DNA from: Patescibacteria group bacterium
Lineage (GTDB): Bacteria; Patescibacteriota; Gracilibacteria; UBA1369
DNA: 64,000 nucleotides
Assembly (NCBI GenBank): GCA_963169655.1
Contig: CAUJCM010000002.1
Span: forward strand, 1,426-65,425
Reading direction: 5' to 3'
Position 1 is the first letter of the stretch. Each line of letters starts with the position of its first letter. The notes under the pieces are model-generated. The model was not told where the DNA came from. It saw only the letters and a program-made list of their open reading frames with translations, and did not search any database. A program made the position numbers and the translations under genes. Below are positions 29,101-41,100 of the stretch, piece after piece.

Positions 29101-32100
29101 CTGAAAATTATGTAAGTCATCAAGCATGTTTTGATTTAAAAGAAAAATCAGGTTATGACGCATTTATGATTGATACAAATATTTATCTCGAAGCAATATC
29201 TCAAACTAAATCTCCTGAACAAAAAGAAAAATATGAAATTATCAAACCTAATCCAGCTGATGCATACAAAAAACCAAAAGATATTATATTATTAGATTTT
29301 GGAGATAATGCTCCAAGCGAGTATGAAGTTACTCCTAATAATTACTTACCTATTAATCCTCTTGAAATACAAGCCATACAGCAAAATCCAAATTTTCAGG
29401 CATTCAATATAAATTTGGAGCAAGTATTAAGAGCCTACATGGGAGGGAATAGAGTAGATGATAATGGTAATGGTGTGACAGATGAATTAGCTGAGTCAAA
29501 TATTCAGTTTTTCCCAATTGATGCAAATGGTCAGCCTAACTGGTTTCAAGTTGGAGAACAACTTTTACAAAATACTAGAATTGACGAAGCAGCAACTGAT
29601 CCCAAACTCAAACCTTTAAGATTCTTAAATGGTATTATCCCAGGTACAAAAGAGGTTTATATTAGAGTTCAACCAATTTTTGGTAAAGAAATAAGTTCTT
29701 TAATTTTCCATAAAGAACCAACCATTGATACTTTAGAAGCTCAAATTTATCAACTTGAAAGAGATGATAATGGAGACTTTATAGTAGATAACACTTTAAG
29801 TGATAGGGAAAAAAGAAATATTGGACAATATAAAGTTGAAACTAAAGAAAATCCTAATGGAGATAAAGTTCCTCAAAAACATGGAGTTGCACAAAGTTTA
29901 CCAATTGATAGTCCTCGTTATGTTTCATTTAGAGATTCAAATGGTAATTATCAAAAAATTGTCTATCCAAACGCTTTTCAATCTAAAGATTCGAATGATT
30001 TTAAACAACAATTAAAAGATTTAGAGTTACAACTTGCAAATATTAAAGTAAATCCTAAATATGCAAATATTGGACCAAATTCAATAGATGGATATTTAAC
30101 AGGAGCTTTAGCTGATTTTATTAATAATGATGTTATGAATTCAGCTACTGGAGATATTAGCGTAATTTCTGAAAAGAAATTAAAAGATGCTTATGATTGG
30201 AAAAAAATGGATATTGATGAGAAACATCAATATGCAATATCTCATTATTTAGGACAGGCTTTTACTCCTTTTACACCAAATGTTGAAGCTAATAAGGGAT
30301 ATGAGGTTCTATATTTAAATTCAGCTGGAGATAGTCAAAAACTGTCAATGAAGTTTAATGCTGATATTCCTCCAATACAGCAAAAAACTATGATGGAAGA
30401 AGTAGATTGTACTGATCCACAATTTGCTAAATATGCAATTTGTAAAGATATGGTTAGTGATATGGATGGTTTAAATATTAATATTGAACAAAATAAACAA
30501 ATTAATAATCCAAATAGTGTTTTAAATGGGGGTAAAGGTTCTGGAGGAGGATTAACTCCTGTATTTATTACAGAATGGTTTGCTGCACTTGCAAAATGGG
30601 CGGATGAAACTGCAGAAATTATAAATGGAAAAGATTCATTTAATAGTTGTCCTGCGCCTATATATGATAAAAATGCTGGAACAGAACAAGTTGATTCTAA
30701 TTTGGATAATACAATTCTAGATTTAATGCCTGATTTAACTGGAGGTTCAAATACTACTTATTCAAGTAGCACTGATATTAAGGCAAATACTGTTAATTTA
30801 AAATTAGAAATAGAAAATAATAAGACACTTCTAAGGTCTAGTATGTCAGATCAAGCAAAAATTATAGTGACTGCCTTAAATAAAAATGGACAAATAAATC
30901 GTGCAGATAGTTTTAGCAATGTAAATTTAAATATTACAAATGCTATTGGAAATGGAGATATTATTGAAGTAGTAGGAGAGAAAAGTAAAACTTTAGCTGG
31001 AGGCCAAACTATGTTCATTATTGCTGGTGGAGATGACGAAGGTAGCGTATTAATTAATGCATCTTTAAACGAAGATAACAAAGTTAAGAGTAATAGTGTC
31101 AGTGTCAAAGTTACAAAAGAAGTTATTAAATTATTAGCATTTAGAAGGTTCCAAGCTTATCAATTTACACAAGGAAATGAAGATGGATATACAATTAATG
31201 ATGGTAATGAAGTAGTAGCTGATATTGATCCTAAAACTGGATATATCAATATTTTAAATAAAAATTATCAATTAAAAGTACTCACATCTAAAGCTGAAAA
31301 ACCACTGAGACTTGCAGTTGTTAAAAAAGAAGATCAAAAAGTAATTTCAATACTCTATTTTGTAACAAGTGGAGAAAAAGGAATAACCATAGATGGTCCA
31401 AATGTTGATTATCAAAAAGATTTTGAAAAATTAGAAGGAGTCCATATTAAAGATTTAACTGCAAAAGATAATTTAAGTTTACAAAGTATTGGAGATGAAG
31501 ATCCAAAATTAAAAGGTAATTTATTAATAGTTGATAGTACTGTTAAAGAAAATAAGGGGCGTGTTGGTTTAATAGATAAAAAAGGAAATTTATTTACTGA
31601 ATTAGATGTACAAATTAAAGAAGGAGATAAAAATGAACCTGTAATTTGGGAAATATTAGGTAACGATGGAAGGCCCGCAATGGAAATGTATATTGCAGCT
31701 AAATTTAAAGAAATTACTATCTTGCCTTATGAAGATATTAAAGAGTTCTTTGCAAAACTTTCAAATCAACTACTCAATACTCAGTTTGCTAAATTAATTA
31801 AAACTGCTCATGCACAAGAAAAAACAGAAAATGAAGAAAAGGCTGATACGAATGATATTAAGAAAAAAATTACTGATAGTGATGGAGATGGGTTAAATGA
31901 TTTAGAAGAATTAATTATTGGTATTGATCCATATAAATTAGATAGTAATGGTGATGGAATTAATGATTTAGATTCTTTATATCAAAATATTGATCCAATT
32001 AATAAACAAAAAACTCCTTTATTTGCTGATATTAATGAAAAAGATAATGGATTTAAAGAAATAGTAAAATTATTCCGTAGGGGAATTTTTGTGATGGATG

Positions 32101-35100
32101 CTAATAAATTTGTGAGACCAAAAGATAAAATTACTAGAGAAGAATTTGTTAAATTAGATTTAGGAGGTATTTGTGTTATTTGTGATAGGTTTTCTGAAAA
32201 AATAAAAAGTGCTGTATGGCAAGTATATTCAAATAATCCATTCCCTGATTTAGATATTGGAAATGATTATAAATATTGTATAGCTGAAGGAAGAAATAGA
32301 GGAATTATTTCTGGTTATAAAGCATATTCAAATGCTGGTTATTTTGTTCCAAAAGCAAATATTTCTCGAGCTGAAGCTACCAAAGTAATACTAGAAACTG
32401 CAAGACAGCAAATAGAGAGTTTCCCTGATTTTCAAGTAAATGAAAAATTAGCAGGAAAACCTTGGTACTACACTTATGTATTGACTGCACAAAAAGAAGG
32501 CCTATATCCAAAAGGTTATTTTCAATCTTTAGATTCACTTAAACCAGAACAATTTAAAGCTTATTTTGATAATCAAATCGCTTTATCAAACTTAGGACTT
32601 CCAGGTGGATCTTTAAATAGCCAATTTATAACTTGGCTTGAACAACCAATTACCAGAGTTGAGTTTGCAATTATGGTTTCTCAATTTACAGATAAATATG
32701 ATTGTTTGAGTACAGATAGTGATATGGATGGTATTCCAGATAATTTTGAAAAATATATTTATGGAACAAATCCAAATTTAGCTGACACTGATAAAGGTGG
32801 TGTTAATGATGGAATTGAAATTTTAAGAGGAACAAATCCTTTAGACCCAAGTGATGATCAAAAAATTGAAAAAGAAGAAATACCAGTAATTAATGAAAAT
32901 GATGATCCTGATGAGGATGGTTTAACTAATAAAGAAGAGGCTAAATATGATACCAATCCAATGGATCCAGATACTGATCATGGAGGGGTTAAAGATGGTA
33001 TAGAAGTATTACTTGGAATAGACCCTTTAAATCCTGAAGATGACAATGATTTTGGAAAAGGAAGTGGCCTTGAAAATCAAAATACTGATGGGGCTTATCT
33101 TTCTGGAATTAATATCGTGCCAAAAATTATTTATACAACTATTGATAATGATGATGAAAATCAAATCAATACTGAAGAAACAGATAGAATACCTGCAGAT
33201 GGAGAAAGTACTTTATATATTAGAGCTTCGATATATAGTAGTGATGGTAAAATAAAAGCTGATGATAATGAAAGTATTATTAACTTTAGCTTTAAAAACC
33301 CTTCCGATTTTGAAAATGCAACTTTAAATCCATTAAGTGTTAAAGTTAAAAATGGTGTTGCTGAAACTACTTTAACTGCAAAAAAGAAAACTGGTTTACC
33401 AATTGTTATTGCCGGTATTCAAAATGAAAATGTACCTAGTGATGAACAGGTTGTAGAAATTTATGCACTTGAACCAGCAATTATTTCACTAGATACAAAA
33501 ACTCCAATTATTCCTAGTGGAGGACAATCTAATGCAGAAATTAAAGCCGTTCTAAAAGATAGGAATGGAAATATTGCTAATAGTGAAAATTACCTAGTTA
33601 CTTTCGATATTGATGATGATACTAATGAAGATCAAGATAGAGCAAGTCTTGATTACTCAAAAGATGAAAATAAAGAAATTGATGGTGTCCAGCAAAGTAC
33701 TGTTACTGGAGAATTAAGTATTAAATTAAAATCGGGAATTAATCCTGAAACCGTTAAAGTTAAAGCTACTTACCAAGGAAATATAGGACTAACTGAACCT
33801 ACTGATGTAAATGATTTAAATGCAGAGTTACTTAATGAAGATGCACAAATCTTTAAACCTAAAGAATTAAATTCTGAAATTACAATTAATACTCGTGATG
33901 ACTTAAATATAGTAATTGAAAAAGATAAATCTGAGTTAAAAGCTAATAATGCTGATATTGCTAACTTAACAGTGAGAATAGCCGATAAAAATGGCAATGT
34001 TTTAAATGACTTCCAAGGATCTATTACGGCCCAATTATTAGACTCTCGTTTAGGAACTTTAATTGATGATAAGGGGCAAGAAAGTCAAAGTTTAATCAGA
34101 TTAAATCTAATCAATGGACTAGCAAAATTAAAAGTAAGAAGTTCATTTATTGCTGGAGACTTAAAGATATTAATGAGTACAGATGGTATTGCTTCTTCAA
34201 CTGTTCAATTAGAAACTTATGCTTATGCTCCATATAAAATTGAATTAGAAAGTGATGATATGGAAGTAAGTACTGGAAAAAATAATATCTATTATCTTAA
34301 AGCAAAAGTTTATGATGGAATGGGAAATTTTGTAAGTAGAGATAATAGTACTCAAATTGTATTTAATATAAATCCTGAAACTCAGAAATTTGGAAAATTA
34401 ATGTCTGCTAATAGTGTTAAAGTTAAAAATGGTGAGGCATTAGTCCAATTTATGCCAACAAATATTACTGGACCAATTAGATTTACTGCAAAAGCAAATA
34501 AGTTAATGGAAGGTAGTTTAGAGGTAAATTCTGTTTATCATCTTGAGGGTAAAGAATTAAGAGATATACAACCAAAAATTTTATATGCCAATCTTCTTGG
34601 TTCTGCATTTGGAGATGTTACTTCCAAAGATTATTTTGGGGGATGGTTTGTATTTAGTGGAAAAGTAGAAAGTGCTGCAACATTGATTACTGATCCTAAA
34701 CCAAAGATGAGATTAGTTGAAGTATTACCTACGGGAAAAATTAAATTAACTGGTCAAGGTGATTTAGAAATAAGATTAATTCCTACAAGTACAGATAATA
34801 GTCCTGTAAAACAGCAAGCATTTGATTATGATAATAATAAACAGGTAATGGAAGTAATGAGTATATTAAGTCCATTATCAAAAACTAAATTAATTTATTC
34901 AGAAAGTGATTTAGATTTGGTTGGAAATACAGTTAATGTTCTAAATAAAGTACCTGATAATGAAAATTATACTTGGGAGAATGATACCGAAAAAGTAGAT
35001 ATACTAAAAAATGGTAGCTTAATAGCCAGTATTAAAAAAGATGGAAGAATTAAACTATTTAATCCAAATACTAGTTTAACAGTTAATGAAAGCTCAAATG

Positions 35101-38100
35101 ATAGTAATATTAATTGGAATTTAAATGATTCAAGTTTAGTTATTGCAAATATTATTATATCTAGTGAAACACAGGAGAATGTTAAATTATTAGAAAATAA
35201 AGAACCTCTTCCTAATACTGTTGGAGTTTATATTAGAAAATTAGCTAATTTACCTAATCGTAGTTATGTAACTAACTTTAGTGGTAATTCAACATCTAAT
35301 AAGAGAGGTTATTATTATACAGACGATACAAAAGAGCTAAATAAGAACCAATCTCCTGGACTTTCTTATAATTCACTTGAATCTGCAGATAAAGAAGATG
35401 GAGTAGGACTTCGTGGAGATAATAAAAATGTTTTACTCTTTGCTGGAGGGAACACAGTTGGAGAATCTAATTTAAATTATGCTTCTGATGCAGGTGTTGT
35501 TTTAGGTGATCCTACAATTAGAATAAATAATAAAAAGGATCCTGATAGTATTGTTCAAGATGATGTTTTGTATAGTAATACTGGTTTTACAAAAGATCTT
35601 GGGGAAATGATTTATTCTGGAAATAAGCCAATCAGAGAAATTTTGCAAATTGATTATGATAATGATGGTGATAAAGATTTAATGATTACTTATTCAGATG
35701 GAGAAATTAGACTTTTAGAAAATATTAATAAAGGAAAGAGATTTGAAGATAAAGGAATATTCTTAAATTTCCCAAATGGGATTTTAAGTATTGTTGTAAC
35801 AGATATTAATAATGATGGTTGGGAAGATTTAATAGTAGCTACAAGTGATAGTTGTAAAGTTGGAGAAGTTTGTGTTGATGCATATTTAAACAATCATACT
35901 AATTTTGTTAGACATAATCTGAACCTCGAAGGATATGATAGTAAGAATAAAGTTTATGAGATGAAAGTAGCAGATATGAATCAAGACTCTTATCCTGACT
36001 TAATAATTTCAGATGATTTTGGTAATATTAAGATTTTCTATACAAAAAATGGAGAATTAAATAAAGGAGGTCAATTAATTGGAAATTTGGGAGTTAAAAT
36101 TAATCAAAATGATAATTTAAGGAATGAAGTATTTGTAAATTATGATGGAATGAGTGATAAACCTCTTGGATCAATAGATGATAAAAATTATCAAGAAATA
36201 GTTGTTAAAGGAAATACTGCATCAGAAGACCAAAAGTTACTATTTAAATCTCTATCAGTCGATAATATTTTGAAAGTTAGTAGTATTAAACAAGCAAAAG
36301 ATATTACTGAACCTTTCAATATGTTAGCTGCTGGTGATCAAGTTGAATACACTATTAAAATTGCCAATATTGGATTGAAAGAAATTAAAAGTCTAAAGAT
36401 CGCAGATTTAGCACCAGCTCCAATTGAATTAGATCAAGACTCAATTAAATGTTTAGATTGTAAAAATGAAATTAATTTAATTCCAACTGGTCAAAGCTTA
36501 AGACCATATATCATTACTGGAATTGATTTGCCAGCTAAATCAACTAGAACAATTACTTATAAAACAACAGTAAAAAAGTTACCTAGAGTTAAATTAATGG
36601 TAGGTCAAAATTTGAGTAAAGATTACCCAATACAAGATGGTTATCCAGATATAATGGCTACTCCAGAAAATAATCCAACTGGTAAAGCTGTTTATTATTA
36701 TTCAATTAGTAAAGATTCAATTACTGGACAAATAAAGTATGGACAATATACAACTCCAGATCCAAATGCAGGGGTAAAGCCTGGATATAATCAAATGACT
36801 GATCAAGATGGAAATAAGGTTGGTCCTGATTTGAGCTTATTTGAAAAGAAAAATGCAGATGGTATTCCAATTGCAGTTCAACATTATATGGATTATGGAA
36901 CTTTCCCTGGTATGTCTATGGGTGATGTTGTAGATGGTGGAGGAGTTTATACAGATTCAAATGGAGATACTATTTCTACATTACCAGGTGTGGGACCTGT
37001 TTATGATAAGTTAGGGTCAACATTAGATAAAGCTGCAGATAAAATTGAGTCTGCAATTAATGCTTTAACTTGTACAAGTGGTTGTATACCAATGCCAATA
37101 AACTTTGCATTTTTAGCTCCTGGTCCAATAAATGTGATGGGGATTCCTAGTGGTTTTGATCCAGGATTACCAATTTTTGCTTGGGGAGTCCCTAGTATTG
37201 TTCCTGTTTGGCCTCCTTCACCATTTCAAGCTTCTACTGGAGGAAGAATTTATGTATCCCCTACTTTGACAGGAAAAGTAGCAATGGCAATTTGTACTGG
37301 TCCTTACTTAGTTGGTTATGGGCCAGTACCTGGAAATTGTTATACTATTGTTTTACCTGTTAATCCTCTAGGTGAACTTTGTGATAAAATAGCTGATACT
37401 ATGTCAGGTATGTTGAATGGTGCTATTAGTATGGTCAATGATACTGCTGGAAATATTGGACTTTCTACTGATGGAAGTATGTCAACAATGCCTACAAATG
37501 ATGGAAGTAATTATACTGGTGGATTTGAAGCATCAAATAGTATGGGAAATTATCGAATGTCAGTTAGTGCTAAAACGAATATTAGAATACCAAGCTTTCC
37601 TTCTGTTTTAACAGATTGGTTAGACAATCAAACTCAAGAAATAATTAATAAAGTAACTGATTTACCTGATATACATATCTTATTACCTGATATGTTATCT
37701 CCATTTGTAGATGGATCAAAACAAGATAAATTAAATGATTTAACAGAAGGATCTTCAAAAGTAGGAAGTGAACCAATGAGTGCCAAAGGTATTAGAGGAG
37801 TTTTACAAACTATCAATGAAATTCCTTTGATTGCTATTGAGCCAAAAGAAGTAATTATCTTTATTCCTTCTTTAACGCCGGGTGAAATAGATAGGTTTGT
37901 AAATGATGCAAAACAATGGGTACAAGATGAAAAATCTGAATTAAATAGAGCTTTAAATGTATGGAAATGTGGACCTTTTAAAGAAACAGTAATAGGACCT
38001 GATGGACAAAAAGTACCTGGCTATATTGATGAAAACGGAAATACTGTTTATGGCGACAGGCCTTATGCCAAGATTTGTGACATTATTACGGTTGATATGA

Positions 38101-41100
38101 CTGAATTGATTCAGACGGTTGAAAAAAATATTGAAATAATTAATAGCTATAAAAATTTACCAAGACAGATTTTGGCTTGGAGAAATATGCTAACTAAATA
38201 TGTTACTCAAATAATTTGTTATATTGATATCATTTTAGATTTCTTTATTGGGAATATAGCAAAATGGCTAGATCAAATTTATGGATGGATTGATGCTTAT
38301 AATAATGCTTTAGAAATGATATCGAGTTGGCAGGTTTTGATAGATCTTGTAATTGAATATCAAACAAGTTGTGATACTTGTACTAGCTCAAGATTCTCAC
38401 TTCTAGAATTAGTACTAAGAGTATTTACATTTATTCCTAGCCCACCAATTATTCCTTTTCCAAAACTTCCTGATATTTATATTGACTTGTCACAAGTTCA
38501 AATGGGTATAAAAATACTTTGGCCTGATTTGAAATTTAGACCGTTAAAACTTGTTTTGCCAAGATTACCAAGGATAGCTTTACCGGACTTGCCTACTTTA
38601 AATTTTAGATTACCTAGTATTGGACTGCTTCCTGAAATTGCTATCTTCCCTGAATTACCAGACTTGCCACCATTAACATTACCTCAACTACCAAATCTTC
38701 CACCTCCACCAAAGATCCCTGCTTTCTCAGCATCTTTTAAAGCAACGATTAATATTTTACAAAAAATATTTAAGATACTTTGTTTAATTAAAAAAGGATT
38801 TATTCCAACTCCTGAAATGAATCTTAAAACTACAATTGAACATATGACTGAAAGAGGTTTAGATCCTCTACTTCCAATTGATTTAGGATTGGGCTTCCAA
38901 ATGCCAGCAATTAGTTATAACTATATGGATAGAATGGTTTTAACTGCTAAAGTAAATCTTCAAACTGATTTTTCTGCCATTTACGATATCATGAAATACT
39001 TTGCAGATAAAATTAATCTACTACCTACTAATTTTGTAAATAATGTAAATGATATAACAAAAACAATTAATAGAGGGTTGGACGATACAGTTAATTCTAT
39101 TAATCAAGGTTTAAATGATGCTGTTAAAGTTAATTTTAATTGGAATAAACCAAATCAATTTCAAATTCCAGAAATTGAAAGTGATGGTGCAGATATGAGA
39201 ACAGTTTTAGATAATAATCCAGATATCTTAAAAGAATTAAATCAGATCTCTCCAGAAATTGGTTCTTTAGTTTCAGCTTTAGCCAATTCTACAAAAGAAA
39301 TGGAAATTGATAGAATTAAATATCAAGAAATTATAAATAGAGATTTCCAAGATATTCATTTAGTAGCTTCAAGTATGACTATTAGCCCTACTGATCCTTT
39401 AATGAATAAATCTATTGAAGATTTAAGAAATTTTGATATTCAAAAAATAATGGCTGTTCTTGGTCCAGGATTTGAAGAGACAAAACAACTAGCGAGATTA
39501 AGAAGTAATTTGTTTGCATTTGTAGAAGAAAATCAAAAACTAGATGATTTGGCAAATACCAATGACTTAGAAAAATTTGCCACTTTGATGGCACAAGCCC
39601 CTTCTATTAGCGATGTATTAATTAAATCAGGTTATTCAAGTGAAGGAACAATGATAGCTGATGATAAAAATAAAAAGTTATTTGCGAAAACTCCAAGTAT
39701 TGATGACATTATTAGAAATTCAGGACTTCCAGCCAGCACTCAAAGTAAACCAATAACTAAAGGGATGTTTATTTATAATGAAAAAGAGAAGTTCAATGAA
39801 AAATTAATTGATTTTGAAGAAGAATTATCTCTCCCAACAACTATGAATTTTATTGATGTTGATCAAGATAAAGATACCGACTTAATTTATTCATTTGGAC
39901 CAAATATTTACCTCAAGAACAATTATAAATTTAATACTAATATTGGTAGTTTCTATGGAGGAATACCACAATATCATGAATTGATTGATTTTATGCCTGC
40001 TAGAGGGTCGGTGACAGGATTTAGCTCTACATTTAATGGTAATAAAAACTTAGAAGTTAAATGGAATAAAGCTAATGGAAGTGATATTTATGGTTATGAA
40101 ATGATAGTAGGTAAAAGGCTGGGAGGATCTTCCAATAAAGGTGTAACTAATGATGTAAATAGCTCTGGACTTCAGAAATTTGTTTATTTAAATAATAAAG
40201 AAATTACAGGCGGATTACTGACAAATTCCCTATTACAACCTGATAGCAATTCTTATAAATTCCCTATTTCTAAATTATATGAATTATCAGCTAATAATGT
40301 AAATGGAGAGATAAGATTTACAGGGCCAAAACAAGAAATTATTGTCGCAAATAAAGATAAAATAAAAGTGAAAGGTGGTATTCAAATTTATGCAAGTAAA
40401 GATAGTATTTTGAAGGTTTGGCTAAATGGAGAAAGCAAAGCTGATAAAAAATTACAAGCTAATGAATTGATTGAAATGCCAAGAAACTTTGGTGGAAATC
40501 TAGAAATCCAATTAAATAGTGGATCAATTACTTTAATTGATACAAATGAAATTGTTAAAAATCAAAAATTAGTTGATGGAAATAAGATAGATATAAAAAC
40601 TAAATATACTTCGATTAATAATGGAACCGCAATAATTAAATTACCTGGAGATTCTTATACAAGAGTAGATGCTGGTCAAAGTTTAGAAATAAATATTTTA
40701 GATAATCCAAAAAAGCCTCAAGTAAATTTAAACTTAGAGAATGGATTCTACTATGCAGTAATTCGATCGTTTAATAAAACAGGATTTAGAAGTTTAATCT
40801 CTCAAAGTATTTTACTATGGCCAAATATTTGTAATGACAGACAGCTACCAATGCCAGTGGCTGGACCTGATGAAAGAGAAGTTGCAATATTTAAAACTTT
40901 AGAAATTGATGCAAGTAAGTCATTTGATGCCTTTGGCAGTGTAGTTAGTTATTATATTGATACCGATTTAAAGGTTGATAGTGATGGAGATGGTGATACT
41001 ACAAATGATAAAAATTTAGGTAGAGATTTGGATCCTAATGTAGATAGTGATGGGGATGGAATACCTTATAATGATTTAGATGATCCAATTTTATATGTAG

